A stretch of 59,352 nt of DNA, filler included. It is 4 parts of 4 records of this genome, joined end to end, with 100 filler letters (N's around TTAATTAATTAA, not from the genome) between each part and the next. Parts side by side here need not be neighbours in the genome. Positions count along the whole stretch, not along the records: positions 40,073 to 48,803 come from SRR20825006_987; positions 48,904 to 59,352 come from SRR20825006_1001; 2 more parts are not named here. One strand, given 5' to 3'. Below the pieces are notes generated by a model that saw only the letters and a list, made by a program, of their open reading frames with translations, was not told the DNA's origin and did no database searches. Both the position numbers and the translations under genes were made by a program. The number at the start of each line of letters is the position of its first letter. Position 1 is the stretch's first letter. Below, in pieces: positions 41,436 to 50,719 of the stretch.

Positions 41436-41676
41436 ACAGCTTTCCAATTTTATTGAAGCCAACGATGAGGATTATGTAATTGAGGCCATTGAAACTTTGG
41501 AAGCTATTACAGAAGTCCCTTCATTAAAAGACGAAGAGTTGGACGTTATTGGAGAACTTATTTCCAATATGTATGGCGCTTTGGAGGTCAATAAAATGGT
41601 AAAAGAAGACGGAATGAACCAAAAAGAGGCTGTAAATGCCTTTATGAAGAGAGTTTTAGGTTCTATTGATAAATAG
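41416..41676 (+). CDS. Small acidic helical protein (DUF6952-like)
   Basis: MKLPVIK...EELDVIGELISNMYGALEV...FMKRVLGSIDK; overlaps the thioredoxin stop. Confidence 0.7.
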   Translation: MKLPVIKQLSNFIEANDEDYVIEAIETLEAITEVPSLKDEELDVIGELISNMYGALEVNKMVKEDGMNQKEAVNAFMKRVLGSIDK

Positions 41677-41710
41677 AATTGAATTCCTCAGATGGGAAAA
41701 AATTAGAAAA

Positions 41711-41754
41711 AGAAACAAAAAAGGTTGTCTGAAAAGACAGCCTTTTTTGTTTCT
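41711..41754. terminator. Symmetric intrinsic terminator
   Basis: AGAAACAAAAAAGGTTGTCT-GAAA-AGACAGCCTTTTTTGTTTCT long stem with a GAAA tetraloop. Confidence 0.85.
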
Positions 41755-41834
41755 AATACCAGCATTTATTAATACCTTTAAATTTAGAAAAATCAACTAT
41801 TTTTCTTTAAACATAAAAATTCAAGACAAATAAA

Positions 41835-42338
41835 ATGGCAACAGTAACATTAAAAGGAAATCAAATTCACACATCAGGAGAGCTTCCTAAAACTGGAAAC
41901 AAGGCACCCGATTTTAATCTTGTAAAAACAGATCTTTCTACTACTTCTTTAGCAGATTTTAAAGGTTCTAAAGTAGTATTAAATATCTTTCCAAGTGTAG
42001 ATACAGGAACCTGTGCAGCCAGTGTACGTGCGTTTAATAAAGAAGTTTCTGCATTAGAAAACACAAAAGTATTATGTATTTCAAGAGACTTACCTTTTGC
42101 AATGGCTCGTTTTTGCGGGGCAGAAGGTTTGGAAAACGTAATTTCTCTATCAGATTTTAGAAATCATAAATTTGGTAAAGACTACGGTTTAGACTTTACA
42201 GATGGTCCTTTAGAGGGGCTTTTAAGTAGAGTTGTTATTGTTTTAAATGAAAATGGAGAAATTATTTATTCAGAACAAATAGCTGAAACTGTAGACGAAC
42301 CTAACTATGAAGCTGCATTAAATGCTTTAAAAGCTTGA
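41835..42338 (+). CDS. tpx: Thiol peroxidase
   Basis: FPSVDTGTCAASVRAFN and ISRDLPFAMARFCGAEG motifs. Confidence 0.93.
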   Translation: MATVTLKGNQIHTSGELPKTGNKAPDFNLVKTDLSTTSLADFKGSKVVLNIFPSVDTGTCAASVRAFNKEVSALENTKVLCISRDLPFAMARFCGAEGLENVISLSDFRNHKFGKDYGLDFTDGPLEGLLSRVVIVLNENGEIIYSEQIAETVDEPNYEAALNALKA

Positions 42339-42694
42339 TCAATTTTATAAAAAATAGATTACACAGTATTAGGTACGCTTGTAAAGGAGCGTACCTTTTA
42401 TTAAAAACTGAAGCCAGTATTCAAACGCAGGCTTCCATTGCCCTAATTGCTACAATTGCTGGTTTTTACTATCAAATTTCTCCTACTGAATGGATCTTAC
42501 AAATTCTTACAATTGCTTTAATAATGAGTATTGAAGGTTTGAATACTGCTGTAGAAAAAATAGCAGATTTTATACATCCCGAGCATCATTATAAAATAGG
42601 ATTTATTAAAGATATTGCTGCTGGCGCAGTTTGGATTTCAGCTATTGCAGCTATAATAATTGGGGCTATAATCTACATTCCTAAAATATTTTAA
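42335..42694 (+). CDS. dgkA: Diacylglycerol/undecaprenol kinase family protein
   Basis: EGLNTAVEKIAD and KDIAAGAV motifs; three TM helices. Confidence 0.87.
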   Translation: MINFIKNRLHSIRYACKGAYLLLKTEASIQTQASIALIATIAGFYYQISPTEWILQILTIALIMSIEGLNTAVEKIADFIHPEHHYKIGFIKDIAAGAVWISAIAAIIIGAIIYIPKIF

Positions 42695-42756
42695 AAATAT
42701 AATTAGAAACTGTACGTTTGTAATTAGTATTTTTGCGACAAAACTTAATGTAGCCA

Positions 42757-45177
42757 ATGGCCAAGAAAAAGACTAAAACGAGTACTAAAACTTCCTCAAA
42801 AAAAATTCCATCTTTTAAGGTATCCAATCAACAAAAAATTATTTTTGGAAGCCTCTTGATGCTTTTAAGTGTGGCTTGCGTTATTGCATTTATCTCGTAT
42901 TTTTCTACTTGGCAAGAAGATCAAAGTTTACTTAAAGAGTTTGGAAACCGACAAGCAGAGGCTAAAAACTGGCTTAATAAATTTGGGGCTTCTGTAAGCC
43001 ATTTATTTATTTATAAAGGTTTTGGAATTGCTGCATTTATATTTCCTATTTTACTTTTTCAAACAGGTCTTTATCTGTTTCTAAATTACAAACTTAAATT
43101 GCTGACCAATAGGTGGTTTTGGGGGATTATTGTAAGTACTTGGTTAGCTATATTTTTTGGATTCTTTTCTGAAAGTGCCCCTTTGCTTGGCGGTGTTGTT
43201 GGGTTTGAAATGAATGATTTCCTTCGTGCTTACATCGGGAAAATTGGAGTTGCATTATTATTGTTTTTTATTTTTATAACCTATGCTGTTACTAGGCTTG
43301 GGGTAACTCCACAAAAGATAAAAGCTTTATTTTATACTACTCAAGAAGAGTTTAAAGCTGCTTTTAAATCAAATAAAGTAAAGGCTGAAGGTAATGAACC
43401 TGAAACAGCAACTTCTTATACAGAAATTTCTTCCACTCAAGAACCTAAAACTGTTTCAAATTCCTCAGAACCCGATACTACTTCTGATGTAGATATTGAA
43501 AATTCCTTCGAAATTAAACTAGCCGAAGAAGAGGAAGAGCTTGCTCCTCCAACATTAAAAACTCAAGCACCTTCTTCAAATAATGAAAATGATGAACTTA
43601 AAATTGAAGTAGAAACAGTTGAAGAAGAGAAAGAAGAAATTGATAATCTTTCTGAAAAACTGGTTAAAGATTTTGGGGAATTCGACCCGAAATTAGCTTT
43701 AAGCAATTATAAGTTCCCTACCCTAGAACTTTTAAACGACTATGGTTCTGGAAGTATCACTATTAATCAGGAAGAACTAGAGGAAAATAAAAATAAAATT
43801 GTAGACACTCTTAAAAACTACAAAATTGAAATTTCACAAATAAAAGCCACTATTGGTCCTACTGTAACACTTTATGAAATTGTTCCAGCGGCGGGGGTGC
43901 GTATTTCAAAAATTAAGAATTTGGAGGACGACATTGCACTTTCTTTAGCGGCTTTAGGAATTAGAATCATCGCTCCTATTCCTGGAAAAGGTACTATTGG
44001 TATTGAAGTTCCTAATAAAAATTCTACCATTGTTTCTATGCGTTCGGTAATAGCTTCCAAGAAATTCCAAGCTGCCGAAATGGAATTGCCTATTGCTTTT
44101 GGTAAAACCATTAGTAATGAAACTTTTGTTGTTGACCTTGCTAAAATGCCTCACTTATTGATGGCAGGAGCAACAGGACAAGGAAAATCTGTTGGATTAA
44201 ATGCTATATTAACTTCATTATTATACAAAAAACATCCTGCGGAAGTAAAATTTGTATTGGTTGACCCTAAAAAAGTAGAGCTTACTCTGTTTAATAAAAT
44301 AGAACGTCATTTTTTAGCCAAGCTTCCAGATAGTGAAGAAGCTATAATAACCGACAATACTAAAGTTATAAATACTTTAAATTCGCTTTGTATAGAAATG
44401 GATAATCGCTATGAGATGTTGAAAAATGCCATGGTGAGAAACATAAAAGAATACAACACAAAATTTAAAGCTCGTAAGTTAAATCCAAATGACGGTCACC
44501 AATTCCTCCCATATATTGTATTGGTTATTGATGAGTTTGCCGATTTAATTATGACGGCTGGAAAAGAGGTAGAAACCCCTATTGCTCGTTTAGCTCAATT
44601 GGCTCGTGCTATTGGAATTCATTTAATTGTTGCTACTCAACGTCCTTCTGTAAACGTAATTACTGGTATTATTAAAGCAAACTTCCCTGCGCGAGTAGCT
44701 TTTAGAGTGACTTCAAAAATTGACTCAAGAACAATTTTAGATTCTCCAGGAGCCGACCAATTAATTGGACGTGGAGACATGCTTTATACACAAGGAAATG
44801 ACCTTACCCGTTTGCAATGTGCCTTTGTAGATACACCAGAAGTAGATAAAATAACTGACTTTATTGGTGGACAACGTGCATATCCAGATGCTCATTTACT
44901 GCCAGAATATGTAGGAGAAGAGTCTGGCACAGGACTTGATATAGATATCTCAGAACGAGATGCTCTATTTAGAGAAGCAGCCGAAGTAATTGTTATTGCT
45001 CAACAAGGTTCTGCTTCCCTATTACAACGTAAATTAAAACTAGGTTATAATAGGGCTGGAAGAATTATAGATCAGCTAGAAGCCGCTGGTATTGTTGGAC
45101 CTTTTGAAGGAAGTAAGGCTAGACAAGTACTTGTTCCAGATATGGTAGCACTCGATCAATTATTGAATAACGAATAA
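42757..45177 (+). CDS. ftsK: DNA translocase FtsK
   Basis: N-terminal TM domain, GATGQGKS Walker A, IDEFADL, ATQRPS, gamma domain LQRKLKLGYNRAGR. Confidence 0.96.
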   Translation: MAKKKTKTSTKTSSKKIPSFKVSNQQKIIFGSLLMLLSVACVIAFISYFSTWQEDQSLLKEFGNRQAEAKNWLNKFGASVSHLFIYKGFGIAAFIFPILLFQTGLYLFLNYKLKLLTNRWFWGIIVSTWLAIFFGFFSESAPLLGGVVGFEMNDFLRAYIGKIGVALLLFFIFITYAVTRLGVTPQKIKALFYTTQEEFKAAFKSNKVKAEGNEPETATSYTEISSTQEPKTVSNSSEPDTTSDVDIENSFEIKLAEEEEELAPPTLKTQAPSSNNENDELKIEVETVEEEKEEIDNLSEKLVKDFGEFDPKLALSNYKFPTLELLNDYGSGSITINQEELEENKNKIVDTLKNYKIEISQIKATIGPTVTLYEIVPAAGVRISKIKNLEDDIALSLAALGIRIIAPIPGKGTIGIEVPNKNSTIVSMRSVIASKKFQAAEMELPIAFGKTISNETFVVDLAKMPHLLMAGATGQGKSVGLNAILTSLLYKKHPAEVKFVLVDPKKVELTLFNKIERHFLAKLPDSEEAIITDNTKVINTLNSLCIEMDNRYEMLKNAMVRNIKEYNTKFKARKLNPNDGHQFLPYIVLVIDEFADLIMTAGKEVETPIARLAQLARAIGIHLIVATQRPSVNVITGIIKANFPARVAFRVTSKIDSRTILDSPGADQLIGRGDMLYTQGNDLTRLQCAFVDTPEVDKITDFIGGQRAYPDAHLLPEYVGEESGTGLDIDISERDALFREAAEVIVIAQQGSASLLQRKLKLGYNRAGRIIDQLEAAGIVGPFEGSKARQVLVPDMVALDQLLNNE

Positions 45178-45248
45178 ATTATTTTAACACAAAACATTCT
45201 ATTCCTTTTCAATTTATAAATAGAATAGAAAAATAAGTATACAAAAAC

Positions 45249-45896
45249 ATGAAAAAAATATTCTTTTTTATAGCAATAGCTCTAATATCATTTAATACAA
45301 ATGCACAAAATGATGCAAAAGCAAAAAACCTTCTAGATGAAGTATATGCTAAAGTTAAAAGCTATGATAATATATTTATCGAATTTAAATATGCTTTAGA
45401 CAACACTGCAGAAAGTATTCACCAGGAAACAAAAGGAGATGTTACTATCCAAGGAGATAAGTATGTATTTAATTACTTAGGAGCTACCAAAATATTTGAC
45501 GGAAGTAAAACATATACTATTATTCCTGAAAATGAAGAAGTAGTTATTGAAGCTAGTCAAGAAGAAGGAGAAGGCGCTATAACACCATCTAAAATGCTTA
45601 CTTTTTACAGAGAAGGTTATAATTATAAATGGGATATTCTAAAAAACGTAAAAGGAAGAAACATTCAATATGTAGAATTAACGCCTATTGATAGCAATTC
45701 AGAAATAAAGCAAATCCTTTTAGGAATCGACGCGCAAACAAAGCATATCTATGATTTGATTGAAGTTGGCAGCAACGGTACCAAAACTACAATTACCGTA
45801 AATTCCTTCAAAACAAACGAACCAATTTCGAAGTCTTTATTTACTTTTAATAAAGCAAAATACGACGAATTAGGGTATTACATCATAACAAACTAG
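45249..45896 (+). CDS. lolA: Outer membrane lipoprotein carrier LolA family protein
   Basis: Signal peptide, FDGSKTYT; canonical position after ftsK. Confidence 0.8.
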   Translation: MKKIFFFIAIALISFNTNAQNDAKAKNLLDEVYAKVKSYDNIFIEFKYALDNTAESIHQETKGDVTIQGDKYVFNYLGATKIFDGSKTYTIIPENEEVVIEASQEEGEGAITPSKMLTFYREGYNYKWDILKNVKGRNIQYVELTPIDSNSEIKQILLGIDAQTKHIYDLIEVGSNGTKTTITVNSFKTNEPISKSLFTFNKAKYDELGYYIITN

Positions 45897-45900
45897 TACA

Positions 45901-47421
45901 TTGAAAATTTTAGACAGATACATTCTATCAAGGTTTTTATATAATTTCATCAGTTCGTTTGTGATTCTGATGTTTATATTTATCTTTCAAGCAATATGGT
46001 TTTTCATAGATGAATTTGCAGGTAAAGATATCGACCTAATTATTGTAGGGAAATTTCTGTTTTACTACTCCCCTAACCTTGTTCCAAATGTTCTTCCGCT
46101 AACAGTGCTATTGGCATCTATTATGACCTTTGGTTCTTTAGCAGAAAACTATGAATTTGCGGCAATGAAAGCCTCTGGTATTTCTTTATATCGAGCCATG
46201 CGGGGACTTATTATTTTTATTACTTTTTTGAGTATCGGTACCTTCTTTTTTGCTAATAATGTTATTCCTGCTGCCGAATATAAATCGTATAACTTAAGAA
46301 GAAATATCGGACAAATGAAACCTGCAATGGCTATTACCGAAGGGGTATTTAGTAATGTAGGGGAAGATGTTAGCATGAAGGTTGAAAAGAAGCATGGAAA
46401 TAACGACAACTTACTAGACAATGTAATTATTCATCAATTAGCAGATGGAGGACTTAATAATAAGGTTATAAAATCTGTTGAAGGGGAATTAGTAAGTAGC
46501 GAAAATTCTAATATTCTTCAGCTTGTATTAAAAGATGGAAATTATTACGAAGATTTAAAGGCTGAAAGTAGAGATAAACGTGATAACTATCCGCATGCTA
46601 AAGCATATTTTGATCGCTATACCATGTTTATGGACTTATCAAAACTTAATGATGTTGATTTAGATAAAGGGGACATTAAAAACTCTTACAAAATGCTAAG
46701 AGTGAGCGAATTAGATTACGCTATTGATTCCATACATACTTCACATAAAAAAATATTTACCAACTTTGGGGAGAATATTTACAAAAGAACAGGCGCTGCA
46801 AATCTTTACATCAAAAGAAACACTAAAAAAGTGGCTCCAAAAAAAGATACTCCAGAAATAAAAGTAGATAGTATTTCTAGTAATAATTTTAAAGTATTAG
46901 TTGATAAAAATACCGATAGTATTATTACCATTTTTGAAGACTACAGACAGAATCAATTGGTAGAAATGGCTTTGAATACCGTTAAAAATACGAAGACCAC
47001 TTTAGAAGGGAAAAAATGGGATTTAAATAGAAGAACAAAGCTTTATAACCATTACAAACTTGCAATGCATCAAAAATATGCGCTTGCATTTGCTTGTTTT
47101 ATTCTGTTTTTTGTGGGTGCTCCTTTAGGTGCAATTATCAGAAAAGGTGGTTTAGGACTTCCAATGGTTCTTGCTATTGGATTGTTTTTGACTTATCATT
47201 TTATAGGAATTTTTGCTAAAAATTATTCAGAAGATGGAAGCATCCCTCCTCTTATTGGTGCTTGGGTTGCTACAGGAATTATGCTCCCACTAGGAATTTT
47301 CTTAACCCGACGGGCAACTGCCGATAAAGCAGTGTTTGATTCTGGTGGTATTGTTTCAAAAGTATCTAGTCTGTTTAGTTTTTTAAAGAAAAAGAAATCG
47401 GATTCTAAAACTAACCCATAA
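45901..47421 (+). CDS. LptF/LptG family LPS export permease
   Basis: KILDRYI, ENYEFAAMKASGISL, GAPLGAIIRKGGLG motifs. Confidence 0.9.
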   Translation: MKILDRYILSRFLYNFISSFVILMFIFIFQAIWFFIDEFAGKDIDLIIVGKFLFYYSPNLVPNVLPLTVLLASIMTFGSLAENYEFAAMKASGISLYRAMRGLIIFITFLSIGTFFFANNVIPAAEYKSYNLRRNIGQMKPAMAITEGVFSNVGEDVSMKVEKKHGNNDNLLDNVIIHQLADGGLNNKVIKSVEGELVSSENSNILQLVLKDGNYYEDLKAESRDKRDNYPHAKAYFDRYTMFMDLSKLNDVDLDKGDIKNSYKMLRVSELDYAIDSIHTSHKKIFTNFGENIYKRTGAANLYIKRNTKKVAPKKDTPEIKVDSISSNNFKVLVDKNTDSIITIFEDYRQNQLVEMALNTVKNTKTTLEGKKWDLNRRTKLYNHYKLAMHQKYALAFACFILFFVGAPLGAIIRKGGLGLPMVLAIGLFLTYHFIGIFAKNYSEDGSIPPLIGAWVATGIMLPLGIFLTRRATADKAVFDSGGIVSKVSSLFSFLKKKKSDSKTNP

Positions 47422-47601
47422 TAATGTAAAATAAACACCCTTGAGGAGTTTAAATAAAATAACTTAAATTCAATTCGACTGAGAGTACTTCGGTAAACTC
47501 AGAACAGACTCTTAGGAATTAAACCCTCTATGAGAGGTTAATTTAGAAAAGCAAATTAATAATTCAATGCTTACCTAGCGAGTCAAAAGTGAAGAATTAA
47601 G

Positions 47602-47609
47602 TATCTTTG
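47602..47609 (+). promoter_or_regulatory. Bacteroidota sigmaA -7 element upstream of ribB
   Basis: TATCTTTG matches TAnnTTTG. Confidence 0.55.
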
Positions 47610-47622
47610 ATAAAAATTTGCA

Positions 47623-48774
47623 ATGAATACAGATACGCTAATGCCAACATCAGATATAAAATTAAATACTATTGAAGAAGCAATTGCCGATATCCGCCAA
47701 GGAAAGGTTATTATTGTTGTTGATGATGAAAATAGAGAAAATGAAGGAGACTTTGTAGCGGCTGCAGATAAAGTAACGCCAGAAATGATAAATTTTATGG
47801 CTACTTATGGGCGTGGTCTTATTTGTACCCCGCTTACTGAAAAACGTTGTAAAGAGTTAGATTTACACCCTATGGTTGGTAATAATACCGACCCTATGGA
47901 GACAGCATTTACAGTTTCTGTAGATTTACGAGGTTATGGCGTAACTACTGGTATTTCTGCTGGAGATAGAGCCAAAACAGTGAAAGCACTTATAAATCCT
48001 GAAACAAAATCTTACGAATTAGGAAGACCCGGACATATTTTCCCATTAGTAGCTAAAGAAGGTGGGGTTTTAAGACGTACAGGACATACGGAAGCAGCTA
48101 TTGATTTTGCACGCTTAGCAGGACTCTCTCCTGCAGGTGTTATTGTAGAAATTATGAATGAAGATGGTTCTATGGCTAGACTTCCAGAACTATGCGAAGT
48201 TGCTAAAAACCTTGATATCAAAATTGTTACTATAGAAGATTTAGTTGCTTATAGAATGCAACATGATAGTTTGATTGAGAAAAAAGAAGATTTTGATATT
48301 GAAACAAGATTTGGTAAATTTAGACTTAGAGCCTACAAACAAACTACAAACGACCAAATCCATATAGCACTTACCAAAGGTAATTGGAACAGTGAAGAAC
48401 CTGTTTTAACACGTATTAACTCTACCTTAGTAAATAATGACATTTTAGGCACACTTACCAGCAATGCTGACAAAAAGCTAGACGATATGTTTAAATTGTT
48501 AAATAAGGAAGAGAAAGGCGCTATTGTGTTTATTAATCAAGAGAGTCATTCGCTTAACTTACTCAATCGTTTATCAGAATTAAAAAAGCTTCAAGAAGAA
48601 GGAGAAATGAGAGCGCCAAAAGTAAATATGGATGCTAAAGATTTTGGAATTGGAGCACAAATACTACACGATTTAGATATCTCAAAAATTAAATTAATGT
48701 CTAATTCCTCACAAACAAAAAGAGTAGGAATTATTGGTTACGGGCTTGAGATTGTGGAATATGCAAATTATTAA
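47623..48774 (+). CDS. ribB: 3,4-dihydroxy-2-butanone-4-phosphate synthase fused to a degenerate GTP cyclohydrolase II domain (RibBX type)
   Basis: DDENRENEGD, RPGHIFPL and RTGHTEA are intact; the C-terminal domain reads RINSTLVNNDILG with no Zn-binding cysteines. Confidence 0.9.
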   Translation: MNTDTLMPTSDIKLNTIEEAIADIRQGKVIIVVDDENRENEGDFVAAADKVTPEMINFMATYGRGLICTPLTEKRCKELDLHPMVGNNTDPMETAFTVSVDLRGYGVTTGISAGDRAKTVKALINPETKSYELGRPGHIFPLVAKEGGVLRRTGHTEAAIDFARLAGLSPAGVIVEIMNEDGSMARLPELCEVAKNLDIKIVTIEDLVAYRMQHDSLIEKKEDFDIETRFGKFRLRAYKQTTNDQIHIALTKGNWNSEEPVLTRINSTLVNNDILGTLTSNADKKLDDMFKLLNKEEKGAIVFINQESHSLNLLNRLSELKKLQEEGEMRAPKVNMDAKDFGIGAQILHDLDISKIKLMSNSSQTKRVGIIGYGLEIVEYANY

Positions 48775-48803
48775 TTTTTTTATTGTTGTCCGATAAAAGT
48801 TAA

Positions 48804-48903
48804 NNNNNNNNNNNNNNNNNNNNNNNNNNNNNNNNNNNNNNNNNNNNTTAATTAATTAANNNNNNNNNNNNNNNNNNNNNNNNNNNNNNNNNNNNNNNNN
48901 NNN
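48804..48903. other. Artificial contig spacer
   Basis: 44 N + TTAATTAATTAA + 44 N. Confidence 0.98.
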
Positions 48904-49558
48904 CGACGAGATGGCCGACCTGATGATGGTCGCAGGCAAGGAAATTGAAGGCTGTGTCCAGCGCCTCGCTCAGATGGCCCGTGCGGCTGGTATTCACTTG
49001 ATCACGGCAACACAGAGACCATCCGTAGACGTTATTACGGGTACGATCAAAGCGAACTTCCCGACACGGATCTCCTATATGGTCACGACCAAGATCGACT
49101 CACGGACGATCCTGGGCGAACAAGGCGCCGAACAGCTGCTCGGTATGGGCGACCTGCTCTATCAGGCCCCCGGCAAGAAATCCCAGCGCCTTCATGGCCC
49201 GTTCGTGTCAGATGAGGAAGTCGGCTCGGTCGTTGACTGGCTCAAGGAACAAGGCGAGCCCGACTATGTCATGGATGTGCTCGAAGCGCCCGAAGATGGC
49301 TCAACGGGGTCTGCCGTCATGGATGCCATGCTCGGGACGAGCACCGGCGACGAAGACGACGATCTCTATTCCCAGGCGCTTGCCATCGTCGTCCGCGACC
49401 AGCGCGCCTCGACCTCCTATCTTCAGCGCCGCCTCAAGATTGGCTACAACAAGGCTGCAGGCGTAATCGATCGCCTCGAAGAAGAAGGCGCGATCTCTGC
49501 GCCGAACCATGCCGGCAAGCGCGAAGTTCTCGCAAGCGCGCGGCCAAGCCCCGAATAG
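48904..49558 (+). CDS. ftsK: DNA translocase FtsK, C-terminal fragment
   Basis: [30 protein letters not shown] and [12 protein letters not shown] motifs; 5' truncated by the spacer. Confidence 0.95.
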
Positions 49559-49640
49559 ATCCCACGAGCTTTGGTGGGAAACAAAGGACGAGCCTCCATC
49601 CGACGCAGAAGCGGGTGGGGGCTCATTTCATTTGCGGGCC

Positions 49641-50657
49641 CTAGCCCATTGGATACATCTGGTCTTTGGTGACGGCATCGCACGCCTTCATCACGTCTGC
49701 GGAGAGTTCCAGGTCTGCGGCTGCGAGAATGTCGGCCAACTGATCGAATTTCGACACGCCGACAATGGTGGAGGCGACGAAATCATGTTGTTTCGACCAT
49801 GCTGTGGCCAGCGTCACGGGCGACATGCCCGCATCCTTCGCGATGTCCATGAAGCGCCGCGTGGATTCCAGTGACTTTTCGTTGACGAACCGCCCGGCCA
49901 TTAAGGTCTGACGCCCGCCATGTTGCAAATAGGCTGAGAAACGCGCGCCTTCGGGCAGGGCACCATCCTGATACTTGCCGGACAAGACGCCCCCTGCCAA
50001 CGGCGAATAAGGGATAAGGCTGACACCTTCGCGGCGACACACTTTGGCCAATGCATCTTCAAAGCGGCGATTGTTCAGGCTGAAATTGTTCTGAATCGTG
50101 TGATAGCGCACCGTACCGAGCCGGTTGGAGGTCTCGATACTCTTCATCAGGCCCCAGGCATCTTCATTGCTACAGCCGACGATGCGCACTTTTCCCTCGC
50201 GAACGAGATCATCAAGGGTCTCCATCGTCTCGTCGAAGTTCGTGCCATGATCTGGCCAATGGGTCTGGTAGAGATCGACATAGTCGGTTTGCAACCGGGT
50301 CAGGCTGGCATCGATGGCGCGGCGGATATTGTGCCGGTCCAGCGCCGTCATCTCGCCGCGCTGCGATCCCTTGATCCATCCATGCGACGGCCCGCACACT
50401 TTCGTAGCCACGATCAGGCGGTCGCGGTCTTTGGTCTTCATCCAGCGGCCAAAGATTTCTTCGGTCCGCCCAGCCCATTCAAGCTTTGGCGGCACCGGGT
50501 AGTTCTCGGCGGTGTCATAGAAATTGATCCCGGCTTCGAAACAGGCATCAAGGATCTTGTGGGCTTCGGCTTCGTCCGTTTGGGCGCCGAAAGTCATCGT
50601 GCCCATGCAGATGTCGGATACGTAAATGGCGCTCTTGCCAAGGCGGCGGTGTTTCAT
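49641..50657 (-). CDS. Aldo/keto reductase (Tas-like)
   Basis: MGTMTFG, DTAENY, ATK, DLYQTHWP and YSPLAGG motifs. Confidence 0.92.
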   Translation of the reverse strand: MKHRRLGKSAIYVSDICMGTMTFGAQTDEAEAHKILDACFEAGINFYDTAENYPVPPKLEWAGRTEEIFGRWMKTKDRDRLIVATKVCGPSHGWIKGSQRGEMTALDRHNIRRAIDASLTRLQTDYVDLYQTHWPDHGTNFDETMETLDDLVREGKVRIVGCSNEDAWGLMKSIETSNRLGTVRYHTIQNNFSLNNRRFEDALAKVCRREGVSLIPYSPLAGGVLSGKYQDGALPEGARFSAYLQHGGRQTLMAGRFVNEKSLESTRRFMDIAKDAGMSPVTLATAWSKQHDFVASTIVGVSKFDQLADILAAADLELSADVMKACDAVTKDQMYPMG

Positions 50658-50719
50658 GGCGGTGACTCCCTCTTATCGGGAAGACACTAATGCGTCGGGC
50701 CGGAATGGCCAGCATTGCC

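Noticed and set aside
47422..47622. FMN riboswitch upstream of ribB
   Set aside because: No AGGGCGGGG-GAAATTCCC-ACCGGCGGT core, and a -7 promoter box sits just before the start, leaving no room for a leader.
42757..49558. Two ftsK genes within 7 kb, suggesting duplication
   Set aside because: They lie on different contigs with very different GC and codon use.
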